64,000 bases of DNA from Albugo candida (GCA_040437565.1 JBDOQK010000005.1:186001-250000), one strand, 5' to 3'; positions 38,823 through 51,195 are shown, counted from the first letter of the stretch. Notes: generated by a model not told the origin, from the letters alone. A program made the numbers and translations.

Positions 38823-41800
38823 ATGCTTCGACTTTTTAGATCACAGCGGCTTCATAGATACCAATCTGACGCTTCGACGCGATTATTTAATGGACGTCAG
38901 ACCAAACTGATTAGCTATTTGACCGAAAATGCAGCCAACAAACATAAACGCTCGTTCAAACGGCCAGCAGAGCGACACTCTATTATTCGACGATGGACAC
39001 ATGATGTGCACGGTTCAATGCCAATGCAAAGTGAAAAAATGTCTCTGCTCAAGGAACTGGAAGAGTGCCGAACCAGTGGGAATTGGCGTCGTGCACTCAA
39101 ATTGCTAGATACTTGTGAAACGCGAAAAATTCCTTTGGATCAGAACATGTACGAGATTGTTATAGAGACATGTGCACGCATGGGCAGCGGACGTATTGTA
39201 CCTGGAATTCTAAGTAATATGAATGTGGATACTGTGACTCCAACACAGCGTACTGTGGATTGTGTTGTTCAATTATATCTTGCAGACCGTGCCCCACAAT
39301 GTGTTGTCGCCTACATTCTCGATATACTGAATATGGATGGGGTTTCTATAAGTGAGGCGGCTTACAGCGCGACGATGGAAACCTGTGGGACATTACGAGA
39401 TGCAAAATCTGCTAAATTGATTTTTGAAGCGATAGAAGCAAGTGGTGACTCCATAATCGAACTGAAACCATCACATTATGCGATGGCGATGCGCTCTTGC
39501 GGTATGGGAGGCCGCTCTGACTATTGTGTGCAGGTGTATCACGCCCTTGAAAAAAAAGTTGGTATTGTCAGAGATGGTGAAGTCATGACGCAGCTTATTC
39601 GAGCTCACGTAGTTAATAAAGCCTTACCACAAGCACTCGAAGTATTTTACGCCGTCAACGAGCGAAATATTACGCTGAATGAATCCATCTACACCGCTAC
39701 TATCGATGCTCTGGTTTCTGAGGAAAAGTATTGGCATGCAAGCAAACTGTACAGCCAGATGATAGCCAAAGATCTTGTTCCTACTCTTTTTTGCGATGGC
39801 CGGATGATGATTGCTTTTTTGCGTATGCAAAAGCGCGAGCATGCAGTCAAGTGCTGGGAAAACATCAAATCGTATGACATATATGAAGGAGGCAGCGCTG
39901 GATCGACTCGAATGAGGCTGACAAAGCTTATTCAGTCACTAGCCTCCATAGGTGATAATGATTTGCTGATTCAAGTATTCGAACATCTGATGGAGCATTC
40001 TCAAAACGGAACTGTTTATCCTCAGGCTTATGCTTCCGCTATTCGAGCACTTGGCCGTCTCGGAGAGACTCAAAAAGCTATGGATCTCTTCGAAAGTTTT
40101 GTAGATTCTCGCTCACAACGGCAGCGACAAAGTGGGCAAAAAAATGCTGCTACAAAATCCGAAAAGTCAGTAAGTCAACTTCCTCGTTCACCGTCCATTT
40201 ATCTTGCTGTTTTCAATGCTTTGTCTCGTGACACTCAACGAGACCCGTCTCTGAATTCTCGCGATGCACAACGTGTATGGGATTTGATGATCCAGCACGT
40301 TCCGGTCATATTATCTCCTGCGTATGCTAGTATTGCGGGTGTTTTTGCGAGCAGTGGAGACATGGAAACGCTTCAACGAACACTTGATCACGCTATCAGT
40401 CAATTTGTTTCCGATTCAAATAATAAAGCGAATCCGGACTATAACAATGACAGTATCGTACCACCTACGCACCTGGATGCCAACAGGGGCTCATTCGACG
40501 CTGGTTCAAGTGTAGAAAGTCAAGAAGAAATGCTATTGACTGGAGTGGTCAGCGGTTTCTCAAAAGCTCGTGAAGATAGAACGAAAGAGATTTCGGAATG
40601 TTTAGACTCAATGCGTAGTCGAGGACTTCGTCTGAATGATTCGATTATTCGTGCAGCTACCGACGCGTTTGCGAACTACAACAAATGGGAAGATATGAAA
40701 GGTCTCGCTGGAACAGTCGATCACAACGCGCTGAAGGACGCAGATTCGTGCTTTGGATACGTGATCTCGAAACTTTTGTCTGCCAAAGCTTGGGACTGCA
40801 GCATTGCTTGGATGATGGAAGCACATAGGCAAAATATACAGCCTCTTCTTCGCGGTAAATACTTCGAAGCGTTGGACTGGTTAGTAGAGAATGAATCATC
40901 AGAGTGGGAAATCGCACAGACATTGGGAGACGCACTCCTGAGTAGTTCAATTGTGAGTAAAGAGCTTTTGGATGGCATATCGAATGCAATGCGGGTCTTT
41001 TTGAATGCACAGCGTCTCGATCGCGTATTGAGCATGTATGATCGCACAAAGAAGGTCGCCGAAGAAGTTGGCCTTCCACCAACGCTTGCGATGTACACAG
41101 CCAAAATTCAAGTGCACATGCGCCTTCACAAAGTAGCATTGGCGAATACACCAAGAAAGCTTCCGTCTAGCAGAAATAAAATGTCACATATACATGAAGC
41201 GGAGATTGCATGTACGAAAATGCTGCAAGTGTATGGCAAACGTATCGACGAATTGACGAGTGAAGCCCTATGTTTGGCGATAAGTCTGAAAGCATTTTTG
41301 AAGGACGATGAAGATGTAGTTGCTTTGTATGAGCTCATGCAAACGCATGGCATTGAAGTCAATTCTTATGCTTTGAAAGCCGCAATTGTAGCTTATTCAC
41401 GGAAAGAAATGTTTGGCGAAATTTTGGCAATTCGTGATCAGCTTGTCGCAAATGCATCAAATACTGATTTTCATGTTGAGCCCGAGATTATCCGCTCTAT
41501 ATTATTCTCCTTAGCAGTAGGAGATTTAGAAGAAGAAATGCAAGCCACAAAAGACCAGTTTGCTGCCGTGAGTGCCTGCACAACCGATGATGTCGTCAAT
41601 GTATACTTGAAAACCTCCCAGTTTGAGCAATGCGTCAAATTCATTGATGGCAGCGCTGACAAAGATTTAGTTCGTAGAGTACTTCAACGTATATGCAATG
41701 CAGATAGTGGCGATGAGACTGCATCCTTGGCAACTGTACTTGTATACAAAATCGCAGCATTGCATGGGATTGAAGCCATACAACCACCAACACTTATCAC

Positions 41801-43016
41801 TCAGGTTGCCCATCTTCTGATGAAAAATAATCGGCTCGACGAAGCAATGAAGTTGCTACAGATATATCGTCCAAATCTTTCTTCGAGCGATTCCTTGAAT
41901 GAGCAAACATCCCAACGGTGGCAGTATTATCAAAAACAGAGTCCTACTTTTCAAAGAAATGTGATGGAAATGTTATTGCGCATATATGGTGAGCGCAGGG
42001 AGCTAGGGGCCATGCAGGATCTATTCAATCAGATGTATGCCTTCCCATTAACCATTTCACATTATGAGCGAGCCATGCAGTATNNNNNNNNNNNNNNNNN
42101 NNNNNNNNNNNNNNNNNNNNNNNNNNNNNNNNNNNNNNNNNNNNNNNNNNNNNNNNNNNNNNNNNNNNNNNNNNNNNNNNNNNCAACTGTACTTGTATAC
42201 AAATTCGCAGCATTGCATGGGATTGAAGCCATACAACCACCAACACTTATCACTCAGGTTGCCCATCTTCTGATGAAAAATAATCGGCTCGACGAAGCAA
42301 TGAAGTTGCTACAGATTTATCGTCCAAACCTTTCCTCGAGCGATTCCTTGAATGAACAAACATCTCAACGGTGGCAGTATTATCAAAAACAGAGTCCCAC
42401 TTTTCAAAGGAATGTGATGGAAATGTTATTGCGCATATATGGTGAGCGCAGGGAGCTAGGGGCCATGCAAGATCTATTCAATCAGATGTATGCCTTCCCA
42501 TTAACCATTTCACATTATGAGCGAGCCATGCAGTATTGTTGGAATCAATCCGGCGAATGCAGAGAAAAGGCACTCGTCCAATGCCTGCAGCTATTCAGAA
42601 CACTTCGAAAGCATTTTATCCAACCCAACGGGAAAGTTTACACGATCGCGTTGCAAAGCTGTCAGCAACTCGGCATATTGAATGAAGGGGGTCGGGTGAT
42701 CATCAATGATGTACTTGCACAAGGTTTCACTAATCTGGTTCAGGATTACTTACTGCTTCTTGTTCGGGAAATGAAGAAACTGTCGCCACCTCCTTCCGGT
42801 CGTGGTCGAGGCGTTGGCATCGAATCATCTAATGTTGTAGGAGATGTCACCAAAGTGATTCGTCTAGTGCAATACTGTCACAACGAGGGTATTACAATAA
42901 CACCAGCAATGGCAGAGGCACTCAGAAGCTTACAGCCGTATCTTTTGGGGAAATCATCGCTTGAGCTCGAAAAGTGGCTGAATGGCCGAGGGTTTCTCAA
43001 TGAGGAAATGTTATAG
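38823..43016 (+). CDS. Pentatricopeptide repeat protein, probably mitochondrial (true length ~1246 aa after removing the gap duplication)
   Basis: Presequence-like MLRLFRSQRL; PPR-like units YEIVIETCAR, YSATMETCG, YTATIDAL, YASAIRALGR, YTIALQSC. Confidence 0.85.
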   Translation: MLRLFRSQRLHRYQSDASTRLFNGRQTKLISYLTENAANKHKRSFKRPAERHSIIRRWTHDVHGSMPMQSEKMSLLKELEECRTSGNWRRALKLLDTCETRKIPLDQNMYEIVIETCARMGSGRIVPGILSNMNVDTVTPTQRTVDCVVQLYLADRAPQCVVAYILDILNMDGVSISEAAYSATMETCGTLRDAKSAKLIFEAIEASGDSIIELKPSHYAMAMRSCGMGGRSDYCVQVYHALEKKVGIVRDGEVMTQLIRAHVVNKALPQALEVFYAVNERNITLNESIYTATIDALVSEEKYWHASKLYSQMIAKDLVPTLFCDGRMMIAFLRMQKREHAVKCWENIKSYDIYEGGSAGSTRMRLTKLIQSLASIGDNDLLIQVFEHLMEHSQNGTVYPQAYASAIRALGRLGETQKAMDLFESFVDSRSQRQRQSGQKNAATKSEKSVSQLPRSPSIYLAVFNALSRDTQRDPSLNSRDAQRVWDLMIQHVPVILSPAYASIAGVFASSGDMETLQRTLDHAISQFVSDSNNKANPDYNNDSIVPPTHLDANRGSFDAGSSVESQEEMLLTGVVSGFSKAREDRTKEISECLDSMRSRGLRLNDSIIRAATDAFANYNKWEDMKGLAGTVDHNALKDADSCFGYVISKLLSAKAWDCSIAWMMEAHRQNIQPLLRGKYFEALDWLVENESSEWEIAQTLGDALLSSSIVSKELLDGISNAMRVFLNAQRLDRVLSMYDRTKKVAEEVGLPPTLAMYTAKIQVHMRLHKVALANTPRKLPSSRNKMSHIHEAEIACTKMLQVYGKRIDELTSEALCLAISLKAFLKDDEDVVALYELMQTHGIEVNSYALKAAIVAYSRKEMFGEILAIRDQLVANASNTDFHVEPEIIRSILFSLAVGDLEEEMQATKDQFAAVSACTTDDVVNVYLKTSQFEQCVKFIDGSADKDLVRRVLQRICNADSGDETASLATVLVYKIAALHGIEAIQPPTLITQVAHLLMKNNRLDEAMKLLQIYRPNLSSSDSLNEQTSQRWQYYQKQSPTFQRNVMEMLLRIYGERRELGAMQDLFNQMYAFPLTISHYERAMQYXXXXXXXXXXXXXXXXXXXXXXXXXXXXXXXXXXTVLVYKFAALHGIEAIQPPTLITQVAHLLMKNNRLDEAMKLLQIYRPNLSSSDSLNEQTSQRWQYYQKQSPTFQRNVMEMLLRIYGERRELGAMQDLFNQMYAFPLTISHYERAMQYCWNQSGECREKALVQCLQLFRTLRKHFIQPNGKVYTIALQSCQQLGILNEGGRVIINDVLAQGFTNLVQDYLLLLVREMKKLSPPPSGRGRGVGIESSNVVGDVTKVIRLVQYCHNEGITITPAMAEALRSLQPYLLGKSSLELEKWLNGRGFLNEEML
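41731..42536. repeat. Gap-flanking duplication 41731-42083 ~ 42184-42536 with SNPs (probable two haplotypes)
   Basis: Offset 453. Nine substitutions counted by eye, eight of them synonymous. Confidence 0.85.
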
Positions 43017-43249
43017 GTCAAGGTAAAATTCATAGAAGTCTGATTAGAAACCACAACAATGCCATGACTCCTATGAATTTAGACTGCTGTCAACCTGCCC
43101 ATTTGACATGCACGCTTATCCACTTCCTGCAATAGAGGGATCTTGATAAGCTACTCCAAGGGACCAGCTCAACTGACGCGTGCTTTCCCCGACTTTATGA
43201 TGCGAGAGAAATCGCGTCATTTAAATTCAACTGCAACAGTATCCAGAAT

Positions 43250-43751
43250 TTTGGGCGAATGCAGAAACGCATCAATCTCTAGACAGATTGAATCCGATTC
43301 TGCCGTTATTCTTATTAGCGATCCTGCCGGCATTTTCACGCACTCGGAAGCCTGATGACTCATTGAATGCTAGTTTGTTTAGTAAACAAATCGATTTTGC
43401 TACAGGCATAGGAATAGATCCAAGATTCGCCTCTTTATTTTCTCTCAACTNNNNNNNNNNNNNNNNNNNNNNNNNNNNNNNNNNNNNNNNNNNNNNNNNN
43501 NNNNNNNNNNNNNNNNNNNNNNNNNNNNNNNNNNNNNNNNNNNNNNNNNNTTTGGGCGAATGCAGAAACGCATCAATCTCTAGACAGATTGAATCCGATT
43601 CTGCCGTTATTCTTATTAGCGATCCTGCCGGCATTTTCACGCACTCGGAAGCCTGATGACTCATTGAATGCTAGTTTGTTTAGTGAACAAATCGATTTTG
43701 CTACAGGCATAGGAATAGATCCAAGATTCGCCTCTTTATTTTCTCTCAACT
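43250..43751. repeat. Gap-flanking duplication 43250-43450 ~ 43551-43751
   Basis: Offset 301, one visible SNP (agtaaac/agtgaac). Confidence 0.85.
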
Positions 43752-43943
43752 GATCTCAGCTGATGACTACTTTTTTTGCGTCAAACGTTATACTGTTAAA
43801 GAAGGCGAAAGCTCGCATTAAGATGGAAAGAATGCTTTAAGGCGCGGCCGGTATCCAATCACCTTCCCATTGGTCAGGCGCCTTGATAAATTCTCACTAT
43901 ATAACGGGGCTTGATTTCATTACACTCGTGCAGGAACGACAGG

Positions 43944-45014
43944 ATGCTTTCATCACCAAAGGCATCGCTTGATCGCAAGCTGAAGTACCGCAAATGGGCT
44001 GCGTTCTTACGAATTCATTGGGAAGAAGCTCTTGCGTATCTTATTTTCGTTATCATTTTGCTAGCCGTTTTCTCTCCGAAATGTGACACGCGCAGGCACA
44101 TGACGGACTTGTTGCTGAGGGCAGTGACTATATTGGAAAGAAATGGAATACAGTATTGGCTCGACAAGGGAACACTTTTAGGCATATATCGCGACAAAGG
44201 ACTGATTCCATGGGAATACGATGTGGATCTTGGTGTGATGAATGAGACTTGCAATGCAATATCGAAACTCAAGTCAGAGTTTCTTACCAGCGATTTGATT
44301 GCGTATGATCGTAGTGACCATATTGCCCACAAAGTAAAGCTCACCTATGACACAGAACGAAAGCAATTTTATTGGTCTGATTCGAAAATACATGATCCCT
44401 GCATACGAATATACGACTCGAAAGATACTTCTGCTTGGATTGACATTTATTGGTATATCGAGAAACTCCCGCTCGATGTTAAAGCACTCGATGGTCGTAT
44501 TTTGATTCCACCCAATTACGACGGAAGAGATAGTTTGTTGTGTACTTCCGAAGGTCTCAAGGAGTACACAGATGCTATGTGCTGCGGAGGATGTGTACCG
44601 AGACCGACAGTATTCCCAATAAAAGATCACCGTGTTAAGTTGGAAAGGAATATATATTCTTTACCCGTGCCCAACTCAATGTCTGACATGCTTCGCATCC
44701 AGTACGGTGAAGCAAGTTTGACAGAGCGGCAGATAAAGGTAGTATGATTTATATGAATTGGGAAACATTTAGACTCACCTCCACACTTGTCTCAATAGGG
44801 TTGGAAGCGCGTAGTTTGTGGGTATTGGGAATCACAGCTTCTATATGTTGTTCAGCTTATACTCTTTTTGAGTATTTTGATGTTTGGTCGCGTGATACTT
44901 CACCGCAAGCTGCCGCGATCATCGAAATACCGCAAGCGATGGCGTTACTATCTTTGGGGGACTATCTCTTTTCTGGTCATCTTGCTAATGGTGGTGTTGC
45001 ATGGACTCGTATAA
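43944..45014 (+). CDS. LicD/fukutin-related nucleotidyltransferase with N- and C-terminal TM helices, 2 exons
   Basis: YWLDKGTLLGIYRDKGLIPWEYDVDLG LicD signature, WIDIY, LPVP...LRIQYG. Intron 44739-44798; exon 2 encodes two hydrophobic helices; stop at 45012-45014. Confidence 0.85.
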
Positions 45015-45130
45015 TTCTGCTCTTCATTCCGATGTAATCATAATGCTTTGTACCGCTCTATCTGGTTCGTACGCGTACATTCATTCCGCATGATTCCCGT
45101 CTAGCGGTAGTCATGTTATGAGTGACAGGA

Positions 45131-45686
45131 TCACTTGCCAGGATGAGTTCTGTAGCAGATACTTTAGCTCTAATTCTCACTGTAAGTGGGATGCTAAATA
45201 AATTGATTGTAGTAAAAGACCAACGAGCACAGAAACTTAATTTCCTTGTACAAATTAGAAAATTTAAGAGGAATTTTGATGTCTCTTTTGAAAACTGAAC
45301 TCAACAGCTAATTCTGTGATTATATATTTCGAGTGCGTAAGATTCAAATATCGCTGAGNNNNNNNNNNNNNNNNNNNNNNNNNNNNNNNNNNNNNNNNNN
45401 NNNNNNNNNNNNNNNNNNNNNNNNNNNNNNNNNNNNNNNNNNNNNNNNNNNNNNNNNNTCACTTGCCAGGATGAGTTCTGTAGCAGATACTTTAGCTCTA
45501 ATTCTCACTGTAAGTGGGATGCTAAATAAATTGATTGTAGTAAAAGACCAACGAGCACAGAAACTTAATTTCCTTGTACAAATTAGAAAATTTAAGAGGA
45601 ATTTTGATGTCTCTTTTGAAAACTGAACTCAACAGCTAATTCTGTGATTATATATTTCGAGTGCGTAAGATTCAAATATCGCTGAG
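45131..45686. repeat. Gap-flanking duplication 45131-45358 = 45459-45686
   Basis: Offset 328, apparently identical. Confidence 0.85.
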
Positions 45687-45695
45687 ACCCACGTG

Positions 45696-46224
45696 TTACC
45701 GTCTCGATGCTATCTTTTCTCGCTGTGCAAAGATCCCGTCACGCGTGACATAACGGAGAGTCTCTCGTGTGCCAGTGCGATAGAGAACATCACTTGCAAT
45801 ATTGGGCGACTTTGACGAGCACTAGAATTCAGTGCGGCCAAAGAGAGAATAGACATCGCTCGAGCAACAAATTGTTACAGTAATCGATTCATAATATTGA
45901 AATATTTCGCATGCTTCACAAAGCTCACCATGCAAGCCCTTATGCGAGAGAGTCAGCATATGTTTCCACGACGCTACTAGCGCGGCCATGTCATTACGAC
46001 TTTTCAGCTGTATGAATGAATAAAGTGAGACAACTTTGGTAGCTAGGTACTAGCTTTGTTCTTGACTTGTGATGCATCAATAAACAATACGTTCGGATGT
46101 CGAATGCTTTCCTGCCAAGCAAAGATACACTCATAATACTACTAACCAGTTCATAAGCCGTGTAAAATAATTTCTAGGAATAATCGTAGAATTAAAATCA
46201 ACATACCACTCTCAATTCCATCAT
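45696..46224 (-). CDS. Possible small 4-exon hypothetical protein
   Basis: MMELRV|YYECIFAWQESIRHPN|LKSRNDMAALVASWKH...ESIT|CSSKSP...IASRR* can be joined in frame by GT-AG introns. No homology recognised. Confidence 0.35.
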
Positions 46225-46917
46225 TGGTATGGTGTTCGTCCGGTATGATCAGTCGTGTACCCGTAGTTTTGCACCGGACGGTCGGATTGTCAGATATCTA
46301 CTTTAAAATAACATTGGTGAGCACTTATTAAANNNNNNNNNNNNNNNNNNNNNNNNNNNNNNNNNNNNNNNNNNNNNNNNNNNNNNNNNNNNNNNNNNNN
46401 NNNNNNNNNNNNNNNNNNNNNNNNNNNNNNNNAATAGACATCGCTCGAGCAACAAATTGTTACAGTAATCGATTCATAATATTGAAATATTTCGCATGAT
46501 TCACAAAGCTCACCATACAAGCCCTTATGCGAGAGAGTCAGCATATGTTTCCAAGACGCTACTAACGCGGCCATGTCGTTACGACTTTTCAGCTGTATGA
46601 ATGAACAAAGTGAGACAACTTTGGTAGCTAGCTACTAGCTTTGTTCTTGACTTGTGATGCATCAATAAATAATGCGTTCGGATGTCGAATGCTTTCCTGC
46701 CAAGCAAACATACACTCATAATACTACTAACCAGTTCATAAGCCGTGTAAAATAATATTAGGATTCATTGTAGAATTAAAATCAACATACCACTCTCAAT
46801 TCCATCATTGATATCGTGTTCGTCCGGTATGATCAGTCGTGTACCCGAAGTTTTGCACCGGACGGTCGGATTGTCAGATATCTACTTTAAAATAACATTG
46901 GTGAGTACTAATTCAAG
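45848..46917. repeat. Gap-flanking divergent duplication 45848-46332 ~ 46433-46917 (probable haplotypes)
   Basis: Offset about 585, with at least 15 differences visible by eye. Confidence 0.85.
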
Positions 46918-46926
46918 CTGCGAATA

Positions 46927-48957
46927 ATGGCGACAACAGTCAATGCTCAATTGCAGAGCATGGGACTTGTCAACATGTGGGGGTTTTCACCGTCGTTCGA
47001 CCCTCTCCAACTTCGAAAAGGGAAAAGTAATCCAACTGGCAGAGCGGCCGAAGCCAGCTGTATCAATATATTGCTTGTTGGACCCAGTGATATCCGCCAT
47101 GTACTTCATACGATCGCAAACAAACGGCATACCGCTCCGAACCGACCAGTGAACATTTATTTGTACGAAAAGTCGATTGAGGTGCTTGCAAGGCAGCTAC
47201 TACTTCTACAAGTCTTTTTTGATTCTGAGCTTCCATTTCGGCAACGCTGCAATGCTTTTTTCGAGATATTTGGAAATGCTTTCATTCAGGTAGTTCAGCT
47301 TCAAGGCGAATTGATCAAAAATGGTTTTATTGAGTTTTCTTAGAGTCGGACAGCGGATTATATCGATCAGAAAACGAATGCGCTTCTTGATTTATTGTAT
47401 CACGGGCGCACTTTTCTTAAAGAGCATATTGACTTGAGTCATTTGAGATCACGGTCACTCGACGACCTTGACGCAACATTTCAAAGCTGGAAGCAGAGTG
47501 TCTCTTTCGACGGTAAGGATTTACCCAAGTCCGAGCGCTCCAGGTAAATTATCACTCTAATGTAGTGGCTACTCTACGGGACCATCGATTACGGCATTAC
47601 TATCAACTTCGCTATGACTACCGTGATAACCTGATTGATTGGGATTACACAGTGAGTGTTCCAGCGTTCCATCCGTCTTGATCTACTCGATTCAATGTTG
47701 TGTCGTAGATGACATTGAAGAATATAGAGCATGCCAGCGTTATACACAGCAGCCAATATCGTACTTGGCGGAACACGGGGATAGCGTTCGAGTTTGGTGA
47801 TCAAAAGTATACATCACCGAATCGAACTCTGGCTGCCTACACCGAGGTTTTTGGCTATCGGTGGCATAACAAGATAATAGATTGTCATCACATTTCGCTA
47901 GGCGAAACATCGGAATCATGGTTCTGTCCTTTGCCGAGGACTCTGGACAGACATAATCGTAGGTCCATACATTTCTTTCGGAGTGGACACTAGCGAAGAA
48001 GAGGACCGAAGTGCCGAAGTGCTGTTTGAAATACATAACAAAGGAACCGGAATGGAGCAAAACCGACACGTACGTAGCAAGCTGACTGTGTTTGCTGACT
48101 AGGCTCGGTCTGATTACGTCTGATTCTGAAGAACACCACGGAAGTATGTATTTACAATCTCTTGACACTTTTACATTCAATTGAAATGGGAATGACCTAC
48201 GAGATGACATCGGTACGGTGAAAGTCGCGATGCAATAAGTTGTTGAGAGCTTAGTAGCTTCTTTATCAGAAACATGACATATATAGCGGGATTGGACGCG
48301 GTGTTGCTGAATATACCGATGGCGACGACCAGTGTGCATCACCAAGTGCCACGCAGTAAGAACTAACAAGTCTCATTTGCACCCACTTCATAGTGTGCAT
48401 TGCTCATAGGAAGGAATATAACGAGGTTACCACGTGGCCAAGCGAAAAGTCAAAGGCATTACACGGAATCAAGGTGCGGTCGGAGAGCTCCTTGTGTCAC
48501 TTTGGCTAAGTACTTGTTCAACACTCCGATAGATCATTCCACTTACAGGGCCTGTGGATAAGATCTTCTCACAGAAACGCTACCAGAAGGCCTTTTCAAG
48601 CGCATACTTATCGTCTCATTTCTGCGGCTTGATACAACCCAATTCCGAAAGTAGCATCACGCAGCTTTTGCGGGACAATGCCACACTGAGTATCGAAAAT
48701 TCAACGTATGTGTATGCGTCAATCCATGACGTCCCAGAAGTAACCCATCTCGTTTATTTGGTAAAAGGTTTTTGCTGGCATTGAAAGAAGAACAGCGACT
48801 TTTGTATATGAAAAAGGTCATTGATATGTGTAAGGAATCGGGGTTACAATCACAGCAATTTCCGAGTGGGAAAGATCCGAAAGCAAGCGACCTCTACAGT
48901 CTGAGTAACGCCGTTCTTCATTTTAAATTCGGCGTTGGTAGCGACGCCAAGTCTTGA
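46927..48957 (+). CDS. DNAAF3: Dynein axonemal assembly factor 3 (PF22), multi-exon
   Basis: WGFSP, NILLVGPSDIRHVLHT, EVLARQLL, RLRHYYQLRYDYRDNLIDWDY, YRTWRNTGIAF..PNRTL, GLWTDIIVGPY. Confidence 0.85.
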
Positions 48958-49120
48958 CTGTACCTCTATGTTACGATAGTAAAGGTAGTATCGAAAAGAG
49001 AGTCGGCATGATTCGTAGAATCGTCATGCCGTAGTAAATAAATAACACAAATACTCTAAATTTGTTATTGTTTGCATTTCTACCAAATTATACGCGTCAA
49101 GGCATTCCGAGAACGTTCTG

Positions 49121-49555
49121 ATGATGCGTTTATTCCGCAAAGGGCCAACTCAGTCTTCATCGAGTAAAACGAAGGCAGGACCTACCTGGAAGAAAAAATT
49201 AAAGGATTTTATGATGGAATATGGCCGCGTAGGATTTTGCACGCACATTGTCTTGTCTGTGACGATTTTTACCGTCATATTTATGCTAATTTCAGTCGGG
49301 ATAAATGTACAGAGTCTTTTAATCAAATTGGGTATGCACGATGAAAAAGAAGCGGTTCGCGAAGCCAGCTGGTTCGGCACATTTATCATTGCTTATGCAA
49401 TTTACAAGTTGATTGCACCGCTGCGTTGGCCATTAACAGTTTTTCTTGCTCCAGTCATTTTACGGGCACTGAGAAGGAAAGGCTACATGCTTCCAGATCG
49501 CCGTGCATCGGAAGAATTTCTGAGCGAGGAGCAGACGTGTGTGATGGCAGGCTAG
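49121..49555 (+). CDS. DUF1279/FAM210-family membrane protein
   Basis: KLKDFMMEYG..., GTFIIAYAIYKLIAPLRWPLT signature. Confidence 0.85.
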   Translation: MMRLFRKGPTQSSSSKTKAGPTWKKKLKDFMMEYGRVGFCTHIVLSVTIFTVIFMLISVGINVQSLLIKLGMHDEKEAVREASWFGTFIIAYAIYKLIAPLRWPLTVFLAPVILRALRRKGYMLPDRRASEEFLSEEQTCVMAG

Positions 49556-49680
49556 ATATACCTTTTAATTAGTAGAAGTGATATAACTTCGAAATTTGCG
49601 AGATGCATTACCTTGTACCACATTAAAGCCGATCACGCGTAGCTTATATAATATAAGTTGAGTGTCGTACAAAGCCGACA

Positions 49681-51195
49681 ATGAAGAAGAAGGTGAGCCA
49701 ATTCGATTGATAAATCGCATGAGAAGAATGCTGTTGTCACTATATTCGCGTCAGGTTTTGTTGATGNNNNNNNNNNNNNNNNNNNNNNNNNNNNNNNNNN
49801 NNNNNNNNNNNNNNNNNNNNNNNNNNNNNNNNNNNNNNNNNNNNNNNNNNNNNNNNNNNNNNNNNNATTCGATTGATAAATCGCATGAGAAGAATGCTGT
49901 TGTCACTATATTCGCGTCAGGTTTTGTTGATGGGGAAATCTGGCTCCGGAAAGACATCTATGCGCTCGATTATTTTCGCTAATTACTTGGGTTCGTACGA
50001 CATTGATTGCAAGCCGGAAGCATATAATAAGTGAGCACCTGTATGTGACTGTAGCACGTGATACGATGCGTCTCGGCCCGACACGTTCGTAAATTCTATC
50101 TTATCATGACGTGAACTGAGCTGTTCGCCTTGCTCTCCAGTTGACGTGGAGCACTCACACGTGCGTTTTTTGGGTAATCTTGTACTAAATCTTTGGGATT
50201 GTGGCGGGTATGGACAGTGAGATCGAATACATGCAGCGTTAACTTCTTGTCGTTATTATACTGCTCCCCTCACATTCAGGCAAGACGCGTTCTACGAAAA
50301 TTATTTTGAAAGTCAGAGGGACCATATATTTCGAAGCGTGGAGCTCCTGATATATGTTTTCGATATTGAAAGTCGTGAGATTGATGTACGGTGCTCTACT
50401 TTGAGCTGTTCCATGGTAATCAACCATGCGTCTTTTGTCTTGATAGAAAGATATGGCACATTTTGAGGGCTGCCTGGAAGCGATTGACCAGAACTCGAGC
50501 AATGCAAAGGTTTTTGTTTTGATTCACAAAATGGATCTTGTACCAGAAGATAAACGTCATCGGGTGATTCTACTCTCCTTTTTCGCTCGTTCCTTTTCTG
50601 CCTTTCTGACTTGTTTATCTGTTCGTTCAGGTGTTGGAACAGAAGAAAGAAATGATATTTGCTCGGACAGGTTCCCTGCCCACCGTTTGTTTTGGAACCT
50701 CAATTTGGGATGAAACACTTTATCGCGCTTGGTCCTCAATCGTGTATTCGTTGATCCCCAATATTCAGGACCTTGAGAAACATTTGAATGGTTTCTGTAC
50801 GATTTGTGATGCTGATGAAGTTGTCTTGTTCGAACGAGCCACATTTTTGGTCATTTCTCATGCCGCGCATGCGAATCATCGGGACATCCATAGATTCGAA
50901 AAAATCAGTAATATTATCAAGCAGTTCAAACTCAGCTGTAGCAAGACTCAAGCTCAGTTTCAGGGAATGGAAGTCCGCAATTCCAACTTCACCGCTTATA
51001 TTGACTTTTTTACAACAAATACTTACATCATGATAATTGTGTCAGATCAACAAATTCGTATGCATCGGAGTTCATCAATTATTTCCCAGCTATCTCATAG
51101 ATTGTGCTATATGTCTGATAGAGCCCGCTGGAATTCATCTCAATATTAAGTCAGCTCGTCCGCTATTCGAGCGATACGTGCAGCAAGCAAATTGA
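49681..51195 (+). CDS. RRAGA: Rag GTPase A/B (Gtr1), many short exons
   Basis: [77 protein letters not shown] 64 bp gap duplication 49703-49766 = 49867-49930 lies inside. Confidence 0.95.

Noticed and set aside
49004..49031. Hairpin cggcatga...tcatgccg after DNAAF3
   Set aside because: Short inverted repeat compatible with chance; bacterial terminator logic does not apply to a eukaryote.
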